A stretch of 63,655 nt of DNA, the filler included, from Octopus bimaculoides (taxonomy: Eukaryota), in the NCBI RefSeq assembly GCF_001194135.2. It is 6 parts of 5 records of this genome, joined end to end, with 100 filler letters (N's around TTAATTAATTAA, not from the genome) between each part and the next. Parts side by side here need not be neighbours in the genome. Positions count along the whole stretch, not along the records: positions 1 to 16,448 come from NC_069007.1; 5 more parts are not named here. One strand, 5' to 3'. A program made the translations under genes and the position numbers. The stretch's first letter is position 1. Each line of letters starts with the position of its first letter. Positions 1 through 10,399 of this stretch are shown here, piece by piece. The notes under the pieces were generated by a model, which saw only the letters and a list, made by a program, of their open reading frames with translations, did no database searches and was not told the origin of the DNA.

Positions 1-325
1 AACCTGTCGCCTAGCCTCCCTTCTGGCACATTGGTACAATTCCCTGCTACCACCGTTCTTCCAGTCCTTCCAAGCTTGTTTCTTTTGTCTAATAGCCCTG
101 TCTACCTCCTTGTTCCACCACCACGTTACTCTGGGTTGGGAGGGGACCTTACACCACCCACAAATCTGGTCGGTGGCTTTCAACAGGTTGTCCCGCAGAA
201 ATCTCCAATTGTCTTCCACGTTGTATGATGCTATATCCCCTTCTATTTCGTTAAATGCTTCAAGTAACTTGTCTCTAAGTCTCTGTCCGTTTGCAGGGTC
301 TTTAAGCTTCCCAACCTTAAAAAAA
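1..325 (-). mobile_element. RTE-clade LINE fragment (endonuclease-RT linker region), 5'-truncated, continues off the window
   Basis: Minus-strand translation KLKDPANGQRLRDKLLEAFNEIEGDIASYNVEDNWRFLRDNLLKATDQICGWCKVPSQPRVTWWWNKEVDRAIRQKKQAWKDWKNGGSRELYQCARREARRQV is open for about 100 codons and has the RTE-type TWWWN.EV..AI..KK motif; not in the ORF track because there is no start codon. Confidence 0.85.
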
Positions 326-352
326 ACACTGTAAATGTTTAGACACCATGAG

Positions 353-698
353 TAAAAGGGTAAAGACCCCCTTTGGTCATGAACGACCATAGGATTGCAC
401 CTAAAAAGATACCCTTCAAAGGACAAGTCTGGGCTAGGTTGTTTATGGAAGACCAGCAGTCACTAATGCATACCAGTTTCTCCTCTCCATGCCACCAATG
501 TTATCCAAGGGAAAGGCAAAGGCCAATACAGCTTGGTACTAATGACATTGTAACTCCTTTCTACAGCTGAGTGAACTGGAACAACATGAAATAAATTGTT
601 TTGTTCAAGAGCACAACACGCAGCCCAGTCCAAGAATCAAACTCACTACCTCATGATTGTGAGCCTGATGCTCTAACCACAGAGCCATGCACCTTCAC
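353..698 (-). mobile_element. tRNA-derived SINE, near full length
   Basis: Minus strand starts gtgaaggtgcatggctctgtggttagagcatc...gtttgattcttgg (A-box and B-box like); head shared with copies at 6551 and 40054 but with a different 3' tail. Confidence 0.8.
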
Positions 699-719
699 AT
701 GGGCACAATAAAGACACCA

Positions 720-1650
720 TAATTCATCTAGTGGGTTGAAAACATTGAAAACATTTTCGATGATCTCAGAATATCAATAAGGGCTTTGCCATTGTCAAAA
801 GAACTTCAGGTGTCTGAGTGGACTGTCAGAACTGTAGTGCATGAGACATTTGATAAAGTCATATATACAGAGGAGAAGCCAATTCATGTTTGCATATTAG
901 AAAAGCATTTGATCCATGCTTGGTGGTTACTTGACAAAGTTATAAATACAACATGCTTTGGTTCTCTGATGAGAAAAACTTCAATTAAGACCAAATGATA
1001 GATGGTTACGTGTGAATCTTTCTGATGTTCCCAGAGTGAGATATATTAAGTTCTAGTATCAGTGATGATTTTAGGAGTGGTTGAAGGTCATGTCATGCCA
1101 CCTCACATCTTTCCATAGTGTCTTGGAATTTATGTTGCTGGATACACTGAGGTGCTGGAGACAGTTATTAAACCTTGGATAGATGAAGTAGGAAATGGAA
1201 GGTTATATGTGTTTTAACAACACTCAGCATCTTCTTACAAAACCCATGTAACCCAAGAAAATATGTCAAACAATCTTTATAATCATGTATCACCAAACTT
1301 GTGGCCTCCAAACTCACCAGACTTCAATCCCATGCATTATTACATTTGGACTATTGTTGAAAGGAAGACTAATTGACATTCTCACAATATCTTAGCTTCA
1401 CTGAAGTCTTCCATTGTCCAGGTGACATCCAAAATGAATAAGGACCATTTAGAGCAGGCATGTCAGGGATTCCAGTCCTACAATGAGACAGTTTTCAAAG
1501 TTGATGGCAGGTCCATAGAGTAATCTTATAAGAAAGCTTATCAAGAAAACACATGCACAAATTTTTATTAAAATACATTTAGTTTTTGCTGGATTAGCGT
1601 TGATTTATTAAATCACTAAACATGTCCTTAAATACCCCTTGCACCCTGTA
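720..1650 (+). mobile_element. Degenerate Tc1/mariner-superfamily transposon, DD37D (maT/Bmmar1)-like
   Basis: Broken frames give FSDEK (about 963), VMPPHIF, VLETVIKPWIDEV, WPPNSPDFNP.HYYIW (about 1302); right end ...caccctgTA (1642-1650) is the reverse complement of a typical TA-CAGGGTG terminus. Left TIR not found. Confidence 0.8.
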
Positions 1651-1673
1651 TGCATGTGTATGTGTTTGTGTGC

Positions 1674-1676
<3 letters not shown>

Positions 1677-1723
<47 letters not shown>

Positions 1724-1787
1724 NNNNNNNNNNNNNNNNNNNNNNNNNNNNNNNNNNNNNNNNNNNNNNNNNNNNNNNNNNNNNNNC

Positions 1788-1828
<41 letters not shown>
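1677..1828. repeat. (TA)n microsatellite with internal assembly gap
   Basis: Pure TA runs on both sides of an N run; the overlapping YIYI ORFs are artefacts. Confidence 0.95.
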
Positions 1829-1830
<2 letters not shown>

Positions 1831-2108
1831 TGTCATATATGAAGAATTACCTTGGATGTTAATTCTACTTCAATTTATTGGTATCTGATTGTTTGATATA
1901 GTTAACCAAATTCATTTAACATTTAGTGCTTTTGGGTATCTGCCTGGATTTATTAATCCCTTTTACTTTGAATTAAACTAATTTGGGATCGCCTTAAAAA
2001 TGTTATGTTAACATGTATTTTCAGAAATACAAATTTCAATGATATTTTCGTCGACTAAATATTAACACAAAGAGATAATTATTGGCTTTGTAAGCTGAAT
2101 TCTTTTTG

Positions 2109-2145
<37 letters not shown>

Positions 2146-2227
2146 AAATTAATTTGTGTAAAGATCAATAAGAAGTGTACTCCATCTAATAAGAGTCTAA
2201 TATTGTTATAAATGCTTAATACTACAT

Positions 2228-2271
2228 GCTGCTAATAGTTTCATGTACATAAGTACGTTCATCAGGCGCTG
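2228..2271 (-). ncRNA. Degenerate minimal type-I hammerhead ribozyme motif
   Basis: Minus strand CAGCGC-CUGAUGA-ACGUAC-uuau-GUACAU-GAAAC-UA-UUA-GCAGC: intact core, stem II with one mismatch, stem III one change from the ACUAGU palindrome, weak stem I. Confidence 0.45.
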
Positions 2272-2996
2272 TTTGAACTATGCAACCAAGAAGTTTATGT
2301 TTAAATAGAGGACAGGTGTGAAGTGATGCGAAAGCAAAACGTACCTAACGGCAGATTCCACCAAGATGGGTGAATGAATAATAAAAAACCAAAAAGTAAA
2401 AAAAATTTTAATAAATGAATAAAAATTATATATAATAAATATTAAAAGTATATTAAAAATATATTAAAATATAATTTTAAAATCTATAAATGTGCGAATG
2501 AACAAGAAAAGTACAAAGAAAATACAAAATATAAATACAAATATATAAAAGAAAAAAACTGAAATTATATATACAAAGACTCTAATGAGCTCAAAGACTA
2601 TACATACAAACTCATGCATATACAAAGCCACACACAGTACATACACTATACAAATTATATTGAATATACATAAATTGTTTTAATATAAGCATAAAAATCT
2701 GATAGAGAATATACATAAATCATGTAAAAATATAAGTGGAACAATTTGAACTTTGATAATATGATACAAAAGGAAATGACAGGGTGGAAAAATTCTAAAT
2801 GTTGATATAACTTGACGCTATTTAATCTGTATCCTAAGTGTTATGAAAATGTGAAAAAGTAAAATAAAATTAGAATATTATAAAAAAAAATTTTTTTTAA
2901 AATTATATTGAGAAAATAATTTTTAGAAAAAAAATGTTGGTCAGTCCAGTATCATTGGAATCTTCCAATTTTTTAGAATATATTTTAGACATATTT

Positions 2997-3388
2997 AGGC
3001 ATAGGAGTGGCTGTGTGGTAAGTAGCTTGCTAACGAACCACATGGTTCCGGGTTCAGTCCCACTGTGTGACACCTTGGGCAAGAGTCTTCTACTATAACC
3101 TCGGGCCGACCAAAGCCTTGTGAGTGGATTTGGTAGACGGAAACTGAAAGAAGCCCGTCGTATATATGTATATATATATATATGTGTTTGTGTGTCTGTG
3201 TTTGTCCCCCTAGCATTGCTTGACAACCAATGCTGGTGTGTTTATGTCCCCGTCACCTAGCGGTTCAGCAAAATAGACTGATAGAATAAGTACTGGGCTT
3301 ACAAAGAATAAGTCCCAGGGTTGATTTGCTTGACCAAAGGCGGTGCTCCAGCATGGCCGCAGTCAAATGACTGAAACAAGTAAAAGAT
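2997..3388 (+). mobile_element. tRNA-derived SINE family A, full length, with internal (TA)/(TG) microsatellite
   Basis: Head ggagtggctgtgtggtaagtagc...gggttcagtccc, body ccttgggcaag...aaagccttgtgagtggatttggtagacgg, tail ...gcatggccgcagtcaaatgactgaaacaagtaaaaga; recurs many times in the window. Confidence 0.9.
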
Positions 3389-3869
3389 ATATATATATGT
3401 ATATATATACACACACACAGATATGTGTGGGTGTGTGTTCAATACAAGGCATAGATGATGGCCATTACGTATTTTTCTTTACTGTAGCAAATTTGACATA
3501 CAGTTGTTTCCAGTAATCATTATAGGTTTGTTATTGATAGGTTTACTCAATTGACCCACTGATCTGGATAGCCTCTGACCAGTAGATAGTCCAAATGTTC
3601 TCATGTGTGATGAGTCATCATTGATGACCCAAATTACAAACATTAATGGTTTTATGACTGCTCCTTCCTTAATTTCTGTTGTCCTCTTCCCCCTTTTCCA
3701 TGGAATGTTTCCCTTCCTCTATTTTTTTTCTATCTCTTCCTCTCCTTTCTTTCCTTCTTTTCACTTTAGCCCTTTTCTTCCAAATTATCACTTCTCTTCC
3801 CCTTTCCTCTTTATCACTGGGAGCTGCACAAAGCTAGATTTCACAGGAGGGCTGCAATCAGAAAACCAC

Positions 3870-4763
3870 TACTTTCAAAAACAAACATTGCAAAGCATTT
3901 AGAGTGGAGTAAAAACCTACAGAATTGATCTTTAGAGTAGTGGAAGAATGTTATTTTCTCAGACAAGTCATCCTTTACCTTATTTCTGACCACTGGCCAA
4001 GTATACGTGTGGAGACAGCCAAATGAAGCATTTGACCCAGACTGCCTTCTTTCAACTGTTAAACATGGAGGAGGATCTGTGATGATCTGGTGGGGGCTAT
4101 ATCTTGGAAATCTGCCAGCCTAATGGTTTCCCTTCATAGCAGAATTAATAGTCNNNNNNNNNNNNNNNNNNNNNNNNNNNNNNNNNNNNNNNNNNNNNNN
4201 NNNNNNNNNNNNNNNNNNNNNNNNNNNNNNNNNNNNNNNNNNNNNNNNNNNNNNNNNNNNNNNNNNNNNNNNNNNNNNNNNNNNNNNNNNNNNNNNNNNN
4301 NNNNNNNNNNNNNNNNNNNNNNNNNNNNNNNNNNNNNNNNNNNNNNNNNNNNNNNNNNNNNNNNNNNNNNNNNNNNNNNNNNNNNNNNNNNNNNNNNNNN
4401 NNNNNNNNNNNNNNNNNNNNNNNNNNNNNNNNNNNNNNNNNNNNNNNNNNNNNNNNNNNNACATTCTAGCAAAGTTGAACATCTTATCTGGCCACCACAG
4501 TCCCCAGATCTCAATATTATTGAACATTTATGGTGCATTTTAGAAAAAACAAGTAAGGAGTCGATATCCTCCACCATCATTACTACAAGAAGTAGAGACT
4601 GTTTTAGCTGAAGAATGGACAAAAATTCCTTTGGAAACAATTTAAACTTTTTATGAGTCCATACCTCATAGAATTCAAGCTGCAATTACTACCAAAGGCA
4701 GTCCCACCCCATATTAAAATTAATTTGTTTGAAATTTTAAGGTGCTTCCATTATTTTGTCCAA
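3870..4763 (+). mobile_element. Tc1-like (DD34E) transposon, catalytic half plus right TIR, degenerate
   Basis: Translations W.NVIFSD..SFTLF.TTGQVYVWRQPNEAFDPDCLLSTVKHGGGSVMIW and, after the gap, EHLIWPPQSPDLNIIEHLWCILE; right TIR tgcttccattattttgtccaa is cut short by a SINE. Confidence 0.9.
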
Positions 4764-4918
4764 TGGGCATCTTTCAGTTTCTGTCTACAAAATCCACTCA
4801 CAAGGCTTTGGTTAGCCTGAGGCTATAGCAGAAGACACTTGCCCAAGGTTCCATGCAGTGGGACTGAACCTGGAATCATGCGGTCAGTGAGCAAGCTACT
4901 CACCACACAGCCAGTCCT
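4764..4918 (-). mobile_element. SINE family A 5' half
   Basis: Reverse complement of the 2997-3160 head and body. Confidence 0.85.
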
Positions 4919-5009
4919 ATATAAAACAAAATGTTAGTGCTAAGCAGTGTTTAAGCATAAGCAAAATTTAGGTTAGCTAAAATATGTTTGTGACATATTT
5001 TGCCCAATT

Positions 5010-5245
5010 GAGTTGAAATGTGTGTGTGTGTGTGTTTTTCTGTGCCTATCCTTGTCCATTACTATCACCACTTGACAACCAGCATTGGTTTGTTTGCATT
5101 CCCATTACTTAGCAATTCATTAAAAGAAACCAACAGAATAAGCATCAGATTTTTTTTTTAAATGCATTTGAGGCAATCCTTCAAGATGGTGCCCCAACAA
5201 GGCTGCAGTCCAATGACCGAAGAAAGTAAAAGATAAAAGATAATT
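5010..5245 (+). mobile_element. SINE family A 3' half, diverged
   Basis: (TG)n followed by ...cacttgacaacc...agaataag...ggtgccccaacaaggctgcagtccaatgaccgaagaaagtaaaaga. Confidence 0.7.
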
Positions 5246-5363
5246 AGGCTTTTTGTTTCATTTTCTGAGAAACATTTTGTTCTGATTCGTTAATTTAAAC
5301 AATTACTCTTTATGAATTGCTTTTTCTAATCAATAATTTTTTCCAATATCTCTTACAGTGTTT

Positions 5364-6007
5364 AAGGTGCCAAGCTGGAAAAATCATTAGTATGCCAGGT
5401 GAAATGCTTTGCAGCATTTTGTCTGTCACTATGTTCTGAGTTCAAATTCTGCTGAGGTCAACTTTATCTTTCATCCTTTAGGGCTCGATAAAATAAGTAC
5501 CTGTTGAGTACTGGGGGTTGATGTAATCAACTTTACCACTTCCCTAAAATTGCTGGCCTTGTTTATGCCAAAATTTGAAACCATTATTAAAAATTAATAT
5601 ATGCAGCGAGCTGGCAGAAACGTTAACACGCCGGGCAAAATGCTTAGCGGTATTTCGTCTGCCGTTACGTTTTGAGTTCAAATTCTGTCGAGGTCGACTT
5701 TGCCTTTCATCCTTTTGTGGTCGATAAATTAAGTACCAGTTATGCACTGGGGTCACTATAATCGACTTAATCCCTTTGTCTGTCCCTGTTTGTCCCCTCT
5801 ATGTTTAGCCCCTTGTGGGCAATAAAGAAATAAGAATCGTTAGCATGCCAAGCAAAATGCTTACTGACATTTCATCCATCTTCTTGTTCTGAGTTCAAAT
5901 TTCACTGAGGTCAACTTCGCCTTTCATTCTTTCAGGGTAGGGTCGATGTAATTGACTTACCACACCCCTAAAATTGCTGGCCTTGTACCAAAATTTGAAA
6001 TCAATAT
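5364..6007 (+). mobile_element. Three head-to-tail copies of SINE family B (about 5364-5590, 5602-5833, 5834-6007)
   Basis: Each has ...ttctgagttcaaatt...gaggtc(g/a)actt...ctttcat; copies 1 and 3 end aaattgctggccttg...caaaatttgaaa, copy 2 has a different tail ending aataaagaaataag. Confidence 0.85.
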
Positions 6008-6042
6008 CTATTACAGCTCTTGGGATATCTTTCATTGTTTCT

Positions 6043-6268
6043 CTTTTACTTGTTTTAGTCATTGGACAGCAGCCATGCTTAGGTTCTACCTTGAAGAGTT
6101 TTAGCCAATCAAATCAGCCCCTTGTTTTTACGTTTGGTACTTATTCTGTCACTCTTTTGCGAAATAATTAAGATATAGGGATGTAAACAAACTAACACTC
6201 TTTGTCGAATGATAAGGGACAGGTGACAAACACAGATACAAAGAAACACATAGACATATATACATACT
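6043..6268 (-). mobile_element. SINE family A 3' half
   Basis: cttttacttgttttagtcattggacagcagccatgct... is the reverse complement of the family A tail. Confidence 0.75.
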
Positions 6269-6550
6269 GAACTGTTTGCTTTGAGTGGTTCCAAATTGAA
6301 TGCTGCTGAAGACTTCAAGTACTTAGGTGGTTGGGTGAGCAGTTTGGAAGCAGACATCAAGGTCAGGAAGGCATAAGCATGGACAGTGTGTCACAAAGTA
6401 AAGAAAATCTGGAACTCCAAATTACCTGGGCAAATCAAAATCAAGTTGTTTATTGCAACTGTTGAATTAGTGCTATAATATGGCAGTGAAGTATGGACAT
6501 TGACAAGGAAATTATCAAATGGGTTAAGTGGTTGCTACACAAGGATGCTA

Positions 6551-6814
6551 GTGGAGGCGCGTGGCTTAGTGGTTAGGGTGTCAGCATCATGATCGTAAGA
6601 TTGTGGTTTCGATTCCTGGACCAGGCGACGTGTTGTGTTCTTGAGCAAAACACTTCATTTCACGTTGCTCCAGTTGACTCAGCTGGCAAAAATGAGTAAT
6701 GCTGCGATGGACAGGCATCCCATCCAGCTGAGGAACACATACGCCATTGAAACCGGGAAACTGGTCCCATGAGCCTGGCTAGGCTTTAAAAGGGCGCATT
6801 TATTTATTATTTAT
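6551..6814 (+). mobile_element. tRNA-derived SINE family C
   Basis: gtggaggcgcgtggcttagtggttagggtgtc...gtttcgattcctgg head, (TTA/TTTA) tail, flanked by tacacaagga at 6536-6545 and 6815-6824. Confidence 0.85.
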
Positions 6815-6834
6815 TACACAAGGAGTAGTTTATT

Positions 6835-7005
6835 ACACTCTCGGAGTGGTTGGCGTTAGGAAGGGCATCCAGCTGTAGAAACTCTGCCAAATCAGATTGG
6901 AGCCTGGTGTAGCCATCTGGTTTCACCAGTCCTCAGTCAAATCATCCAACCCATGCTAGCATGGAAAGCGGACATTAAACAATGATGATGATGATGATGA
7001 TGATG
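6835..7005 (+). mobile_element. RTE-type 3' terminal fragment with (GAT)n tail
   Basis: cactctcggagtggttggcgttaggaagggcatccagc...catgctagcatggaaagcggac.ttaaac.atgatgatg matches the 3' end of the RTE at 10400-11387; followed by acaaggatgcta (7006-7017), a repeat of 6539-6550. Confidence 0.85.
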
Positions 7006-7507
7006 ACAAGGATGCTACGAATGGCCCTAAATGTGAAATGGCAGCAACATATGACAATGTATATTATAACTAATGAAATATTTCACGTAATATAAGGGAA
7101 GTGAGTTAAAAGTTGTTTGGTATGTATTACGGTGCTTTTTTTATGAGTGTTCACTCCCTCAAACTTTAGAATCTGTGCACGCCTCTGAGTCTAAGATGTA
7201 CCAAAGGACAGGGGAGAAAGATAAAAGATAAATGATATGTATCCCAACAAAGAATCGGACATGTCATGTCTGGTAGTAATCAATTATTGAATGTTAATTT
7301 ATGATTATACAGACCATGACCAACAAAGGTTACACAATATTTTCAAGGGAGACCAAAATTGCTTCAGCTACGGTTTCAAATTCCATCACAGCCATTAAAA
7401 GAAGAATATGTAATATCATGCCATCTGATTATCTAAGGTGTATCGCAGTATCATTTGGTAGTGCTGTGAATCTGTAAGGAATCTTAAAAATACATTTCAT
7501 TATCACT

Positions 7508-8175
7508 TCTCTTTTACTTGTTTCAGTCACTGGATCATGGCCATGTTGGGGCACCTTCTTGAAATGTTTGGTCCAGTGGTTCTCAAACAGGGTTCATATA
7601 AGATTTTGTTGCTAAAATTTTTGTGCAATAAACTAGTTATATTTCTTTCTACAATACACAAAATGTTTAGACATTTTTGGATACCATTGTTAATATTTAA
7701 TCATAAAAATACAAAAGAGTTTTTAGACATCAAATGGCTATGAGGGTACCTCTCCCTTGAGTAGAATAGGAATCAAAGGGGTATACAGGTAAAAAATGGT
7801 TGAGAGTCACTGGTTGAGTCAAAGAAATCACAACCCAGCACCCCAGCTCATGTCTTTTTTTTTTTTTTTGGAATCTGGCATTTATTTTATTGGTCTATTA
7901 TGTTGAACCGCTAAGTTATGGGAATGCAAACAAACTAATAATACCAGCTGTCAAGCAGTGGCAGGGAGACAAAAACAACACAAAGGTGCACACACACACA
8001 CGGCAGGCTTCCACACAGTTTCCATCTGCCAAATTCGCTTACAAGATATTGGTCAGCCCAGGGTTAACAGTGGGAAACACTTGCCCTAGGTAACAGGGTA
8101 CCATGGTGTGGGACTGAACTTGAAGCCACATAGTTGTAAAGCAAGTTTTTAAACCACACAGACATGTCTGCATCT
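7508..8175 (-). mobile_element. SINE family A, full length, split by a hAT MITE
   Basis: Tail at 7508-7573, body and head at 7813-8175 (cacttgccc...gggactgaac...aaccacacag). Confidence 0.75.
7574..7812. mobile_element. 239-bp non-autonomous hAT (Charlie/MER-like) MITE
   Basis: TIRs cagtggttctcaaac and ggttgagagtcactg (12/15 complementary); 8-bp flanks gtttggtc and gttgagtc (6/8), consistent with a decayed 8-bp TSD. Confidence 0.75.
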
Positions 8176-8332
8176 GACAAATCACTCATAAATTTGCTTT
8201 TTGCTTTTTTTTTCTTTTTTTTTTCCTGAACTGAGTTGAAAGATATGAATACCTTTCTGTGCTTTATGCAAATGAGGTGCTCTGGAATTTGTCACTCATT
8301 ATCTCAATGAAAATATGAAAATTACAGTAACA

Positions 8333-8334
8333 AA

Positions 8335-8385
<51 letters not shown>

Positions 8386-8395
8386 TATAATAAAT
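8333..8395. repeat. (AAT)n microsatellite
   Basis: Direct observation. Confidence 0.95.
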
Positions 8396-9145
8396 AAGAA
8401 CAAAAAAAAAAATATCTCAGAAAAAGCTACAGAAGCCATTGTGGTCGTCTACATAAACCAATATATTGAAAGCCAGACATGAACAAAAAAGAAAAAATCA
8501 ATACCAGTAAATTTTGAATAGCAAACACCTAAACCCCCAAACCTTAACCACACCTCACCACACCACACAATATATAAGTTCTGTTCCTAGAAACTAAAAC
8601 ATGTAAAAAATCAAGAAAAAACATTCTATCTTATGTATAAAGATTTGCTGTGATTGTAGTTTGGAAAAAAATTTATATTTCAAGGTGCAGAAGGTGACAT
8701 TTCTGTCAGCAACAGCCTTATAGTATATAGTGTACAGTATCTCTACATGGTGTAGAGTATCAGAAAAAGACTGAGAGAGAGTAATCAATAAACTAATTAC
8801 TCCTCGTTTGTTGTAGGTAGCAACCATTTAGTACTGCTGTGGTCTCTGTGGTATTGGTATTAAATTAAATATGTCAGGTGTAGCAACCAATTTTACAGGA
8901 GAAACAAAATAAACGAATAAATAAATAAAATGTATGAGCATTCAGCTAGGGTAGCCAGCCATCTCTGGTCTAATTTCTCACCGAAATATGTATATAGAAG
9001 GTGAGATGAAGGGAGATGAGGGAAGATGAAGGAATGTTGAAGGTATCATTTTATCATTTTTAGCAGAATCACCTATTTCTCATTGCCTAATTTGCAATTG
9101 TAATATGGTTTATATAAGTACTATGTATGTATATGTATGTGTATA

Positions 9146-9680
9146 CATCGTCGTTTAACGTCCGCTTTCCATGCTAGCATGGGTTGGATGATTTGATTGA
9201 GGACTGGTGAACCAGATGGCTACACCAGGCTCCAATCTGATTTGGCAGAGTTTCTACAGCTGGATGCCCTTCCTAACGCCAACCACTCAGAGAGTGTAGT
9301 GAGTGCTTTTACGTGCCACTGGCACGAAGGCCAGTCAGGCGGTACTGGCAACGGCCACGTTCAAAATGGTGTATTTTATGTATATTTCATCATCATCAAC
9401 ATTTAACGTCTGTTTTCCATGCTGGCACAAGTGGAACAGATGGACAGGATCTGGTAAGGTCAAGAGCTGCACTCGGTTCCTTTATCTGTTTTGGCATGGT
9501 TTCTACGGATAGATGGCCTTCCTAATGCCAACCATTTACAGAGTATATTCGGTGCTTTCTATGTGGCACTAGTACTGACGAGGTCACCAAGTAACTTGCA
9601 AGACAAAAACTCCTCAGCTGTGAGTGGAGAGTAGTATTGAGGTGGACTGGTTTTGTGCCAGTTGACAAGAGACTAAAGAC
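9146..9680 (-). mobile_element. Two adjacent RTE-type 3' terminal fragments (about 9146-9380 and 9388-9680)
   Basis: Both begin on plus with catc(g/a)tc...tttaacgtc...tttccatgct, the reverse complement of the (GAT)n-tailed RTE end. Confidence 0.75.
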
Positions 9681-9720
9681 ATAGAGGGACAAGCTTCTTA
9701 CCACACAGCCAATCCTGTGC

Positions 9721-9759
<39 letters not shown>

Positions 9760-9983
9760 CTCTTTTACTTGTTTCAGTCATTGACTGCGGCCATACTGGA
9801 GCACCGCCTTTAGTCGAGCAAATCGACCCCAGGACTTATTCTTTGTAAGCCTAGTACTTATTCTATTGGTCTCTTTTGCCAAACCACTAAGTTATGGGGA
9901 CATAAACACACCAGCATCGGTTGTCAAGTGATGTTGGGGGGACAAACACAGACACACAAACATATATATATATATACATATAT
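9760..9983 (-). mobile_element. SINE family A 3' half, running into its internal (TA)n and a gap
   Basis: tcttttacttgtttcagtcattgactgcggccatactggagcaccgcc... is close to the family consensus. Confidence 0.85.
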
Positions 9984-10399
9984 NNNNNNNNNNNNNNNNN
10001 NNNNNNNNNNNNNNNNNNNNNNNNNNNNNNNNNNNNNNNNNNNNNNNNNNNNNNNNNNNNNNNNNNNNNNNNNNNNNNNNNNNNNNNNNNNNNNNNNNNN
10101 NNNNNNNNNNNNNNNNNNNNNNNNNNNNNNNNNNNNNNNNNNNNNNNNNNNNNNNNNNNNNNNNNNNNNNNNNNNNNNNNNNNNNNNNNNNNNNNNNNNN
10201 NNNNNNNNNNNNNNNNNNNNNNNNNNNNNNNNNNNNNNNNNNNNNNNNNNNNNNNNNNNNNATATATTGTTTCAAACAGCTTCCACTAGCTAGGTGATCA
10301 AGTCTGTAGTGGGGGTGGATGCTCAGAGGGAGCATCCACCCTCCTGGGAAAAGTTCAGAAAGTTCCTACCTCTACTGGTGACAAAGGGCCTCTCACTCA

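Larger units (their letters stand above)
6270..7075 (+). mobile_element. RTE-clade LINE fragment (post-RT C-terminal region) interrupted by two insertions
   Basis: EDFKYLGGWVSSLEADIKVRKA*AW.VCHKVKKIWNSKL...IKIKLFIATVE.VL*YGSEVWTLT...GCYTRML, resuming after 7017 as RMALNVKWQQHMT. Confidence 0.8.

Noticed and set aside
3480-3690. Minus-strand fragments EHLDYLLVRGYP (PLE thumb-like) and IKEGAVIKPLMF (RT-like)
   Set aside because: Short, in different frames and mutually inconsistent; could be chance.
8640-8900. Possible host exon (minus ORF 8594-8827)
   Set aside because: No recognisable protein similarity and weak splice sites.
8947-9110. tagggtagccag as a hAT-type TIR
   Set aside because: No matching second TIR or TSD found.
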